From an uncultured Acidobacteriaceae bacterium (GTDB lineage Bacteria > Acidobacteriota > Terriglobia > Terriglobales > Acidobacteriaceae): a DNA stretch of 64,000 bases. Position numbers and translations under genes: made by a program. Shown one piece after another: positions 53,788 through 64,000 of this stretch. The stretch is taken from contig CAVPBL010000017.1 in NCBI GenBank assembly GCA_963701835.1, positions 97,116 to 161,115 on the forward strand, read 5' to 3'. The notes beneath the pieces were generated by a model that ran no database searches, was not told the DNA's origin, and was given only the letters and a program-made list of their open reading frames with translations. Position 1 is the first letter of the stretch. Each line of letters begins with the position of its first letter.

Positions 53788-55266
53788 ATGACGTCTTCCC
53801 ACACCATCGCGCTTTTCACCGAGCAGGCTGATCTGGGCCCGCGGCCCACCTCTTTTGTGGCCTCCATCCTTTTTCACGGCTTGGCGGTTGCCGTGGCTTG
53901 GTTCAGCATCGCCTACAGGCCGCCCGTTGCCAAGGTGTCAACGGAGCACTTTGCCGTCCGCGAGCTCGATCTGTTCATGCCCGACGAACAGATGCGCCCA
54001 GCCGCGCCTCGAATCGCCTATCCCGCCGCGCATTCCGGCGTCCACGCACCCGCTTCCGAAGGCAAGCCGTCGCCCAGCGTGTCAGCCTTGCGCCAGGTCG
54101 CACAGGCCAAGCCGGGCCCGCAAACGCTCATCCAGGCCGACCTCTCTAACCCTGTCACACTCCCCGAGCAGATCCCCGTCCCTCAGGTCGTCATCTGGTC
54201 GCCGGCCTCGGTGCCGGTCAAGAAAATTGTTCCTCCATTGCCCGAGAAACCCACTTCCGCCGACGTAAAACCGTCGGTCGAACGGCCCAATGAGGAAATG
54301 ACCTTGGCCGACGTCAACATCGCATCCAGCTTCACGCCTTCGCCCAAGCCCATCGTCGTGCCAAGCACGACTTCGCCCATCGCGGTCCACATTCAGGAGC
54401 ATGTCCAGCTCCCACCGGCCTCTACCTCGCAGCCATCGGCACAGCCGACTCCAGCTGCGGTCCTCTCTCTTTCTGACTTGCGCATGAAGGAGGGCACTGC
54501 CACCCTGCCGCCAGTGAGCGAAAGTGTGCCGTCGAATGCACAGGGAGTTTTGGCGCCGGGTCAACCGCACGATCTATCAGCGCCGGGCAAGGACAGGGAC
54601 ACCGCCAAATCGGGCCAGGCCGGCTCAGGCAAAGATCCCGCGGCCAACGCAAACAATCATGACCTCGGCGCAAGTCAAGGCCCCGTGGCCAAGACCAACG
54701 ATTCTGCCTACGCCGCTTCCAACGGCAAGCCTGAAGGCTCCGAATCCGGATCGGCCAAAGGCACTGGCGACGCCGGCGCTGACGGCAATTCGTCTGCCGC
54801 CACCGAGATTTCCCGGCCCAGGGATGGCCATTTCAACGCCGTCGTAGTCGGTGCCTCGCTTGAAGATAAGTTTCCCGAGATGGCCGGCGTATGGAGTGGC
54901 AGATTGGCCTACACCGTCTATTTGAACGTCGGACTGGCCCGAAGCTGGGTTCTGCAGTACTCGCTTCCGCGCTCTGCCGACGCCTCCAATGGCGGCACCA
55001 TCGCCCGTCTTCAGGCGCCTTGGCCCTACAACATCGTGCGTCCCAATCTTGAGTCTGGCGCATTTGACGCCGATGCAGTCATGGTCCATGGCTTCGTGAA
55101 TCAATCCGGCCGCTTCGAAACCCTCACTATCGTCTTCCCGCTGGCGTTTCCCCAGGCCCAGTTTGTCCTCGCCGCCCTGCAAAAATGGCAGTTCCGGCCC
55201 GCCACGCAAGACGGCCAGTCCGCCAAAGTGGAAGTATTGCTGATTATTCCCGAGCAGTTGGAGTAA
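53788..55266 (+). CDS. Pro-rich membrane-anchored protein with TonB-C-like terminus
   Basis: SILFHG TM (S-x-x-x-H as in TonB anchors), long Pro/Ser linker, AALQKWQFRPATQDGQ. Confidence 0.65.
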   Translation: MTSSHTIALFTEQADLGPRPTSFVASILFHGLAVAVAWFSIAYRPPVAKVSTEHFAVRELDLFMPDEQMRPAAPRIAYPAAHSGVHAPASEGKPSPSVSALRQVAQAKPGPQTLIQADLSNPVTLPEQIPVPQVVIWSPASVPVKKIVPPLPEKPTSADVKPSVERPNEEMTLADVNIASSFTPSPKPIVVPSTTSPIAVHIQEHVQLPPASTSQPSAQPTPAAVLSLSDLRMKEGTATLPPVSESVPSNAQGVLAPGQPHDLSAPGKDRDTAKSGQAGSGKDPAANANNHDLGASQGPVAKTNDSAYAASNGKPEGSESGSAKGTGDAGADGNSSAATEISRPRDGHFNAVVVGASLEDKFPEMAGVWSGRLAYTVYLNVGLARSWVLQYSLPRSADASNGGTIARLQAPWPYNIVRPNLESGAFDADAVMVHGFVNQSGRFETLTIVFPLAFPQAQFVLAALQKWQFRPATQDGQSAKVEVLLIIPEQLE

Positions 55267-55309
55267 TCCGGTGAGCGCATTCGGCTCGCCTGCCGGGATC
55301 ACGCCTTTA

Positions 55310-57245
55310 TCACGGCCTCGTACCTAGCTGTTTGTACGCAGTGCCCGCTGAAATCGGCGTCACCACCGGCGTGGCCGCGCCCACAAACTCGGTCAATGGG
55401 CCGCTGGTGTTGTCGCTCGCCACCCATACGTTGCCCGATCCATCAGTTGCAATGCCGTAGGGTTCAAGCAGCCCGTCGCTTACGTAGCCATTGTCACCGG
55501 AGATCGCCGTGCCACTGGCATTGAATTCGCTGACGCTGTTGCTGTTACCGCCGTTATTTGCCGTCCAGACATTGCCTCCGCCGTCGATGGCGATCCCGTA
55601 GGGCCCACTCAAGCCGCCGCCGCTGTAGCCGCCTGCGCCAGACACGGCCTGGCCGCTCGCGGTGAACTCGCTGATGCTGCCGTCTCCGCCTCGGTTCGTC
55701 GCCCACACATTCCCGGATCCGTCAATCGCCACCCCGTAGGGAGAGCTCAGTCCCCCGCCCGAGAAAAGCGTAAATGTCGGCGGCTGTCCGGGCAGGTTGC
55801 TTGGCATGGCCTCCTCGAGACTCGAGGTGGCCGCAGCATAGTTTGCCGTCCACACGTCGCCCGAGGTGTCCGACGCAATTCCGGCCGGGCCAGCCAATGT
55901 GTCGGTTGTGAAGCCGTCGCTGGGCGAAATCGCCAATCCGAAGGATAGAGAAGAACTGAATTCGCTCATGCTATTGCCGCCAAAATTTGCGACCCACGCA
56001 TGGCCGACATTGTCGATTGCAATGCCATAGGGCTTATTCAGCCCGCCGCCGGTCCATCCAGGCGGATTGGAGATCTTCTGCCCCTGGGAATTGAATTCGC
56101 TCACGTCGTCGCCGTTGAAGTTTGCGGCCCAGGCATTCCCGTACTCGTCAACGGCAATGCTCGTCGGCTCGTTCAATCCAGCCTGGGTGTAGGGTGATCC
56201 CGTCAATGGGACCCCATTGGAATTGACCTCGGTGATCGTGCTGGAGAAGTAATTCGGCACCCACACATTGCCCGAGGCGTCTACGGCAATTCCCTCCGGG
56301 GCAAATCCTGTGCCATCCAAACCCCCTCCCGAGTAGGTGATCGCGATCGTGAAGTCGTCGGGCGCCGCGCCCAGCGTCGGCTGAAAGGCCAGATCCGGCG
56401 GCAGCAGTCCATAAAGTGTTGCCACGTTCGACCCAGGGTTGTGCGCGATGTTGATCGCCGCCGTCGCCGTCTCCACGGGCTGTGAGTTTCCGTTCTTCGC
56501 GGTGCTGAACAATGTGCTGCACGGCGTTGACGACGGCCCTGCTGAATTGACGCATGCCGCCAGAACGTCCGCCAGCGTATCGATCTCGGCCTGCGGCGCC
56601 GTCCCGTTGCCTGTCGGCGTCACCGCGAGCGCGAGGCCGCTGTTGAGCGATTCCAGGTTCGTCACCGTCGCAAATGCATTGGGAACATCCGTTGCCGTTG
56701 CCAACTGGCTGCTCGAACTCGACACGTGCGTCGCGTCTGTGGCAAAACCCGCGATCGCATATGCCGTCGCAATTGTCGAAACCTCGTTGACCACGGCAAT
56801 AAGTGGAGGACGAGAGCAACCCGCACGTTCCCAGCGCCGCCATCAGGCCCGCTGCCGAGTTTGTCCCTTGCCCCAATCCCGGATTGCCGCCAATCGAGTA
56901 GAGGTACACCTGCGAGCCGGCGCTGGGGCAGGAGTAGTCCCCCGTAATGCTGAAGGTTCCCCCCGATTGCGTTGTCACGTAGTAATTGTGGTTGGGGTCT
57001 TGCGTCGTGCCGCCGGTGGCGGCCAGAATCGAAACCGACGCATTGCCGTATCCCGTCGTGTTGGCCGCGTAAAGGTAAACGTGCGCGCCCACAATCGGCT
57101 GCTGGCCGCCGTGCACGATGCCATGCAGGGGCGCGCCAGAAAATGAACTGGTTTGGGTCTGCGTCGTGCCTGTTCCCGGCTTGCCGGAGCATCCTGACAG
57201 AACAAGAGCACAAAGTAACAACACGACCATCCAGGAATTACGCAC
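55310..57245 (-). CDS. NHL-repeat beta-propeller lipoprotein (frameshifted)
   Basis: Lipobox LSGC; repeated P.GIA.D..GNVW.AN units. Confidence 0.85.
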
Positions 57246-57337
57246 GGGGGAGCTCCCTTCGCTCGGAGATGTTGCGGCGTCGCCCGGTTTTCTCAGTCGT
57301 TGTTACCGGATTCTTCGGGTTCTGTCAAGCCAACACT

Positions 57338-57475
57338 CTAGAGCGTGTTTCAAAATCCAGTTTTGTGTCAGGGCACGACTTTAGTCGTGCCGAAAAAAGT
57401 CCGAAAAACAAAGGGCTTTAGCCCCTGAGGGATCTCGGCTCGTGCCTGCCAGGCCATTTTTGAAACAAGCTCTAG
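57338..57475. mobile_element. MITE (non-autonomous IS5-like element) with CTAG ends
   Basis: Terminal inverted repeats CTAGAGCgTGTTTCAAAA ... TTTTGAAACAaGCTCTAG; internal GGCACGACTTTAGTCGTGCC palindrome; no transposase. Confidence 0.8.
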
Positions 57476-59070
57476 TTACTGCTGTTGGGAATCAGCCGCG
57501 GTACGGTCATATTTCTTACAATGTGATGGAAGATGTCCGTCAGTTGCGTGATCGCCTGGTTCGTCGGCGCCGTCGCCTGGCAGCCGTCACCATCGTCGGA
57601 GTAGAAGTTCACCGCTTTCGAAGCCATCGCCGCCAGCGTATCGCAGCCCTGCTTTCCCGGACCCCAGGTTCCCCCGTTTGTCGTCACCGAGGCGCTGTAG
57701 GTCTTATCCGTCAGGCAGCTTCCCGCCTTCAGCGCGCCGTAGCCGATCGTGTATACATCGGTTCCTTGTTGCGCGGCATACTGCGCCGCCAGCACCGCCT
57801 GACCGCACTCGCCCAGAGCCGACGGGAAGGTAGGATCCTTGTAGTGCGACGGATTGGTCGTGCTCGTTCCCGTGCCGTTCAGCGTGCCCTCGCTGGCAAC
57901 CAGGCTGATCGGATGTGCTGTTGCACGCGCCCCCGGTGGTGTAGGCGTTCGTTGCGCACGCATTCAGGTCGCCGTCACCGAGAATGATCATCGCGTTCTG
58001 AGAGTTCGGGTTCTTCGCCTGCTCGGTTTTCAACTCCGCCTGCGCCGCATAGATCACCTGCGGATAGTAGGTCCACTCCATGCGCGTCCTGACGCCGGGG
58101 CAGTTGGGCCCCCTGCCCGCCGCTCCGCATCCCCGCCCGCCGCATTCACGACATTCGAGCTCGTATTCAAGCTCGATGCAGTGTCGAGGGTCTTGTAATC
58201 ATTCGTCTCCGCAACAATCTCGTACGTGTCGCCGGTCGGCAGAATGAAATTCGAAGTGGGCGCGGTCCCCGCCGTATACGGCGTCCTCACGTCGGGAAAA
58301 GTGTAGGCCACTGCCGTCGGGCTGCTGGCGTTGCAGGTGTAGTCATCGGAAATTGTTCCCGTCGTCACTGCCGGAAACACGAACAGGCTCACTGTGTCGA
58401 ACGGAGTGGGCGTGCCCGACGTGCAGGTCTGTCCCACCGCGCAGGGATACAAGTCGTTCAGGAGCGCCTGAATGCCCAGCTGCGCGCAGTGAAGCTGGGT
58501 CCCGCTGCATTGCACGCCGTTGTCCTGGTAGGCCATCGACGGCGTCGCATCAAGGATGATAGCGATATTCCAGGGCTTGTTTTGCCCGCCGACCATGGCT
58601 GCCTTTGCTGTCGCCGACACGCTCATCTGCCGCATGCCGATCAGCCCGCCAAACCAGAGAGGAATCTTCGCCGTCTGCGTCACCGCAAGCGAGTTGTAAC
58701 CGCCTGTGCCGCCATCAGCAGTCTCGCACGCCACGCCGAGCGTGCCGGAAACGCTGCTCAGGCAAAGATAGGTCGGCGTTGCCACCACGTTCGTCAGCAT
58801 CGGCGTCGCGTTCAATTTACCCGTTTGCGCACTGTATGTCGTTACGTAGGTTGACGCCAGGGTCGTATCGGGCATGACCTCCGCTCCCGCCAGGGCCGCC
58901 GCATTGGTCGATGCCACCAGTTGCTGGTACGCGTAATACACATGCCCGGTCTCAACCGAGGCCGCCGCAAGAGCCATCATCGTGGAACAGGTGAATACCA
59001 CGACGATCGCTGTCTGGCCATTTTGATTCTTCAGGAACCTGCGCATAAACGGAATTCCAAACCGTGTCAT
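57472..59070 (-). CDS. tadG: TadG-like pilus tip protein with vWA-like domain (frameshifted)
   Basis: Prepilin-like G|QTAIVV, QQLVASTNAAALAGA, IAIILDATPSM, MIILGDGD, VYTIGYG. Confidence 0.85.
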
Positions 59071-59544
59071 GGCTCAAATTCCTCCTTTCGCGCAGCTTTG
59101 GCGCCGCGTCTGCCTGCGTTCGGTTGTTCGATGGGCTGAACTGGAGAATTGCGTGCCTTGCGTGGACTGCCGAACGCAAGAAGACACGAAAGACACGTCG
59201 AGCTACGCGCTGTGTGCGCGTGAAGGCCTGCGCGTTCGTCGCTGAGCGATACCATCGTACGGCCTCGCGGACACTCCCGCGACCTCTTGGGGAATGGGTA
59301 ATCTGGCCCTATCTTCAATCACCAGTAGGTAACCTACCATTGCACTTCTGTGCTATAAGTAGGTAACATTGGTAATGAATCGCGCTGGGTAACCCGGGGT
59401 AGAGGGTCAGCCGTCGCCATGCTAGGCCGGATCGTGGGCGCAAAAAGTGAAGTTCGCCGGTCTCGCCGTCTGTAGCGGGGGCCTTCCCGGTCCTCCCGCT
59501 TTTCTATGAGCTTAATCTGCCGATTCCGTCGTGCAGATGGCTGC

Positions 59545-60023
59545 GATCGGCAGCGGCGCACTCAAATTGTTCGTGATGGCTACGGTAAGACGCCGTCAGA
59601 ATGTGAGGCTCTGGTTGTCGGAGCCAAAGCCTGGCAGGCCTTTGCCATCACCGGAAGCGAAATTCGCCCCGCTGGGCCGTTCTTCCTGCGAGCGTTCTCG
59701 GGCAAGGCGTGGACGCTGGGGATCTTGCCGGCGCGTCCATCGTCGTCACATGATCGCTATGGAAGATCGCATCGGGCTGTGCGTCCCTGGTTCGAGGTCG
59801 CTCGGCGCCCTTGCCGATCGTCAGACTTGGGATCCGGCGTTTGCGACGGCTGCGCCCCCAGCACCGCTGCATTCCTCGACGCCACCAGTTGGCGGTTCGC
59901 GTAGTGCACGCGGACTGTTTCCACTGAGGTCGCGGCAAGCGCGATGACCCCAACGGCGATGAGCGCCAGCAATAGGATTGATTGACCTCGCTCTTCTTTC
60001 AATAACCTGCGCAACAACTGCAA
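59545..60023 (-). pseudogene. Internally deleted tadG paralog
   Basis: N-part EERGQS..LAATSVET..NRQLVASRNAAVLGA matches the TadG N-terminus; distal part ANFASGDGKG..DNQSLT..ITNNLSAP matches the TadG C-terminus. Confidence 0.65.
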
Positions 60024-60072
60024 AGGAGAGCGACTTATAGGGGAAGCTCTTACTTTTCTTCGTTTTTTGGCC

Positions 60073-60600
60073 CTATTGAGCCAACGCCGTTGACTGTGAC
60101 GTTAAGTTGCTCGACGGGCTGAACTTCAAAATTGGAAGCCAGGTGTACGTATATTTCACCGTCACCGAGACCGGGTGATTCACCGAAGTAGACAAATACG
60201 TTGCTCCGGCGGTGCAGGAAAACGAACTGCCAGTGGTTGGGCCGTAAGTGTGTACCGTTGAGCTGGAGTCGGTAATCGCCACTGTGTACGTGAGCTTCGT
60301 CGGTGAGAGGTTTGGTAACGATCCAGTGACCGAGGAAACCACAGTTGCGCACGGATCGGTAGTATATATCGCCTCCTCTCCAACGGTTTGGGCTGCGCCC
60401 GCGGTGGCGTTGCCAATCTGTTGCAGAAAATACAAGGCCAATGAGAAGGATGCCGTCCCGGTTAGGACCATCATCAGCAACGGCAGGGTGACGGCAAACT
60501 CCACCAGCGCCGTTCCTTCTTCGCTCTTGATGCCCATCGCGCGCTGCATGCGGCGCGCAAGTGATTTTCCCAACCATCCGGTGCTGTATCGATTCTTCAT
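60073..60600 (-). CDS. tadE: TadE-like minor pilin
   Basis: EEG|TALVEFAVTLPLLMMVL. Confidence 0.9.
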   Translation of the reverse strand: MKNRYSTGWLGKSLARRMQRAMGIKSEEGTALVEFAVTLPLLMMVLTGTASFSLALYFLQQIGNATAGAAQTVGEEAIYTTDPCATVVSSVTGSLPNLSPTKLTYTVAITDSSSTVHTYGPTTGSSFSCTAGATYLSTSVNHPVSVTVKYTYTWLPILKFSPSSNLTSQSTALAQ

Positions 60601-60703
60601 CTCTCCCGCCTCCGGGTTTGGTCCCCCGATACCACGAGCCCCGGACTCCGGAACCCGTTCATCGCTGCGACCGCAGATGGTCTCACAGAACTTATTCCTC
60701 TCC

Positions 60704-61244
60704 TCATTCGGCAACTTCGCTCGCAGGTTGTGACGTCAAGGCGCTCGACGGGCTGAAATTCAAAATTGGAAGCCAGGTGTATGCATACTTCACGGTCACG
60801 TAGACGGGATAGAGCGCCGTCTCCTTCGCCGTTGTTCCGGAACTCCCGGCCGCCTTGCAGGTAGCTCCGCTTGGCGGGTTGAAGGGACCGTAGGTTATGG
60901 TGCCGTTTGCGTTGGTAATGGCGATTGTGACTGTAACTTTCGATGCATCCAGGTTCGGCAGCGCAGTGGTGACCGCCGTAGCGACGTTGGCGCAGGGATC
61001 GTCGAACGCTCCGGTCGTTGCTGCGAGAAGGTGAGTCGCGCTGGAGGCCGCATTCTGGATCTGTTGCAGAAAATACAACGCCAGTGAGAACGAAGCCGTC
61101 CCGGTCAGGACCATCATTAGCAACGGCAGGGTGACGGCAAACTCCACCAGCGCCGTTCCGTCCTCGCCTCCGCCGGCCCGAGGTGCGCTTTACGCGGCGG
61201 ACAAAAGAATTGCTCATCTTGCGTAGATTAAGTCCAATCTTCAT
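60704..61244 (-). CDS. tadE: TadE-like minor pilin (frameshifted near the 5' end)
   Basis: EDG|TALVEFAVTLPLLMMVL; paralog of 60073..60600. Confidence 0.88.
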
Positions 61245-62313
61245 CGTTCCACCTCCCGGCGCGGCCGGCCTTGCCATCTTGACTTGGCCCCACTGCCTGT
61301 CAAAGGATCTCCTTGGCGCTCACTGGCGCCCGTCACTTGCCCTCTCCAACTGGCCCAGGAAGAGTTCGAATTCCCTCTTGCCGGCCGCGTCGAGTATGGG
61401 GGCCTTCCCGTTGCGCGCGTCCTTTTCGTTCCGCCAGCATAAACTGCAGCCCTACGCCATCCGGACCCCAGCGCACGGCCCGCGATTGCACGGCAATCGA
61501 GCGCTCCGCACATTCCTCGCCGCAGTCGTTCCTCTGCAGTGTCATCAGGACCAGGGTCCCCGGATACCAGCGCTCCTCCGTCACCACATAGAGCCCCGAC
61601 GAACTGATATCGCGAATCCCGTGCGCCATCGGAGCGGCGCCGTTCCAGTAATACGCGGCCAGCCCCGGCTCCTTTACCCGCGGAGCCTTCCGCGGATCGG
61701 GCGACCACCAGCGCTCCAACCAGTTGCGCGGTTGCTGGAACTTGCTTCGCGCCCGGATATGCCAGATCCATCATTGTGGGTCTGCTGCGCGGCTGGTCTC
61801 TTTTGCCCGTCGCGGTCTTCCAGTTCCAGAAGTCCCGGCCCGCCGCTCCACAGCGGCTTCTCGCGCAGCACAGCCGCGCCTGCAATCACCGGCGTCGTTT
61901 CCTCCTCGTCGCGCATGCTCGTCAACCGCTCCAATTGCTGCTCCATCTCCTCGGCCACGCACAGCACAAGTTGATCGCCGGGCTGGGTCTGCGACGAGTA
62001 AATCGAGTGCGCCGGCAGCGCCAGCACGCTCTGTCGGCCGCGGGCTCGACGAACTCACCTGAAAAGTGGGAAAGGACTCGACCATGTCGATCACCCGGCA
62101 ATCTTCGTCCAGATAGATCAGATCCAGCGGCGCGGGCATCGCCACTGGCGGAATCCCCCGGAACGGCGTCATCCACACGCCTTCGCCCGACTTCAGCGGT
62201 CGCGCCGCCATCAGCTCCGCGGCATGGGCTGCGGAAAGATCGACCGCCTTTACCTCCAGGCCAAGAAAGCACTCCCGCGTTTGGTTATAGGCGCAATGAG
62301 TCTGCGATTCCAT
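61241..62313 (-). CDS. DUF192-like + PilZ domain fusion protein (frameshifted)
   Basis: N-terminal AYNQTRECFLG, GEGVWMTP, PLDLIYLD; C-terminal RKAPR...RDISSSG PilZ motifs. Confidence 0.75.
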
Positions 62314-62594
62314 CAGCTCCTTTCGCCTGCGGCAGACTCTGCCGCGGCTTCCTTTCTCATCGGCTTCCGGCCGCCAGTTCGAACCTTTCCACCAGTTCCA
62401 TTCGAGGACCGGCCCTTTCTCCCCGCGCTACGGTCAAGCCTGCAAAAGGGTACACCTCACCTCTTCCCCTGCCTTGGCGACCCACTGCAGGCATTTGCCG
62501 CCCGCGCGGCAAGTCGCCATGGCAACGGAACCTTCGTAACCCTTCCGTGGCGCCACCCGGTCTTTCAACACGCCACGGTGTCTTGCGCCGCCGC

Positions 62595-62690
62595 CTACTT
62601 CACCCGCGTGCGGCGGCGCTGAATCAAAATCACCAGAATGACGACCGCCAAAACCCCGGCAACAATTCTGATAATCGTGGTGCTGTCCAT
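62595..62690 (-). CDS. 31-aa single-TM microprotein
   Basis: [31 protein letters not shown] with RBS AAGGGGAG, directly after tadC. Confidence 0.6.
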   Translation of the reverse strand: MDSTTIIRIVAGVLAVVILVILIQRRRTRVK

Positions 62691-62710
62691 GCAATTCTCC
62701 CCTTCTTCGC

Positions 62711-63636
62711 TCAATGTTTGGTCAGTGAGCTGAACGACTCCATCATCACAATCACGGCTGGTCCCAGTGTAACCAGAAATAGCGCAGGGAAAAATGAACA
62801 GCACCAGGGGAAACACCAGCTTGACCGAAGTCTTCGCTGCCATCTCCTCGATCATCTGCACGCGCTGCGTGCGCAGCGTGTCGGAATGAACGCGGAGCAT
62901 CTTGGCGATGCTGGTTCCAAATTGTTCCGTCTGCACCAGCATCGAAACCAGATTGCGCAGACATTCCACGCCGGTGCGCTCGGCCAGGTTCTTCCACGCC
63001 TCTGACCGCGGCGCGTCCGGCGCGCTGCTCCAGCACCACAATTCCCAGCTCGTCGCACAACTCCGGCTGTGACTTGCCTCAATTCCTGCGCGGTGCGCGC
63101 CGTCGCCTGGTCCAGGCTCAGCCCCGCTTCCATGCAAATCACCAGAAGATCCAGCACATCCGGCAAGCCCCGTGTGATCCGCTTTTGCCGCTTCTCGATC
63201 TTGTTTCCCCAGCCAGAAGTCCGGAGCCAGAAATCCACCGCCCAGCGCCATCAGATACACGAAGAACGGAGCCTAGGTTTGCCAGCCCGCTCAACCACGG
63301 CCACTGCGGCACAGCAGCAGCGGAGTCACCACCTTGCAGCCATAGAAGACCTTCACCGCGGACTCGTTGCGATAGCCCGCCCGCGTCAGGCGCTGCTACG
63401 ACGACCGAAACTTCCTTCTCGCTCTTCGGCATCAGATTCTCGAAGCGTCTCCACCAGGTTCCCGATCGAGGATCCGGCCTGCTTGATGGTCCCAATCACG
63501 CTTCTTCTGCTTGGGTCGCGGGTTGATCGACTTCGCTGATGCGCTTGCAGCATCGCTTCGCGATAGAACAGCAGAAGCCCCGCCGCTGGCGATCAGCAGG
63601 AAGACGGCCAAAAATGCTGAAAACTGCAAATCCCAT
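62711..63636 (-). CDS. tadC: Tad inner-membrane platform protein TadC (frameshifted)
   Basis: [57 protein letters not shown]. Confidence 0.9.
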
Positions 63637-63645
63637 ACGTCCCCT

Positions 63646-64000
63646 TCACACGTCGATGTCGACGATCTTCTGAATCACAAATCCGCCGATCACGATCAGC
63701 CCCGCCGCGCCCCACACATCTTGATGCCGATGTCGCGATGCCACAGAATGCTGATCATTTCCGGATCGACGAAGTAGATGCCGACGCCCAGCACGATCGG
63801 CAACAAGGTCAGAATCCAACCCGTCAGCCGTCCCTGCGCCGTGTGCACCATGATCTGGCGCTTCAGCCGGAAGCGCTCCCGGATCACATACGAGGTCTTG
63901 TCCAGCACTTCGGCCAGGTTGCCTCCGCTCTCCTTCTGAATCATGATCGCGGTGGCCGTGATCTTCAGGTCCTGCAGCGGAACCCGGTTGAGCAGGTTGT
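63646..64000 (-). CDS. tadB: TadB (5'-partial)
   Basis: IQKESGGNLAEVLD...IRERF...TAQGRL. Confidence 0.9.
   Translation of the reverse strand, partial: QPAQPGSAAGPEDHGHRDHDSEGERRQPGRSAGQDLVCDPGALPAEAPDHGAHGAGTADGLDSDLVADRAGRRHLLRRSGNDQHSVASRHRHQDVWGAAGLIVIGGFVIQKIVDIDV

Noticed and set aside
60073-61244. Diversity-generating retroelement template/variable repeat pair in the tadE duplicates
   Set aside because: Both copies are coding, the differences are not adenine-specific, and no reverse transcriptase is present in the window
1-64000. Mass pseudogenisation or programmed frameshifting in maeA, hemW, mqnD, pgm, buk, cpaC, tadC and others
   Set aside because: Scattered single-base indels in otherwise well-conserved housekeeping genes, without slippery-site consensus, are best explained by long-read consensus errors

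Overview
GC-rich bacterial chromosome segment. Gene content and repeat families suggest Acidobacteriota (Terriglobales/Terracidiphilus-like); this is an inference. Many housekeeping genes are split by single-base frameshifts, most likely long-read consensus errors. Layout: (1) 1-19.2 kb is housekeeping DNA (Ser/Thr kinase-TPR, malic enzyme, hemW, GGDEF protein, mqnD, cutA, phosphohexomutase, ftsB, OprB porin, typA, purE) with three inserted type II toxin-antitoxin pairs. (2) 19.3-30.6 kb is a compact, almost error-free phage-derived virion module (portal, protease, scaffold, capsid, adaptor, closure, terminator, tube, hub, XhlA-like protein). It has no terminase, tape measure, integrase, replication or endolysin gene. 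It is gated by intrinsic terminators, carries host-type heptamer repeats in its spacers, and lies just downstream of a HipA-like kinase/DUF3037 pair. This is the best candidate for an undescribed domesticated GTA-like or capsid system. (3) 30.7-40 kb is housekeeping again (buk, csp, omega-like protein, amino-acid permease, add, TonB-dependent receptor). (4) 40-64 kb is a Tad/Flp pilus region with a sigma54-driven array of four Flp pilins separated by conserved structured spacers, flanked by six predicted glycosylation genes, plus cpaC, cpaB, tadG, two tadE, a DUF192-PilZ fusion, tadC and tadB. No rRNA, tRNA or CRISPR array was seen.
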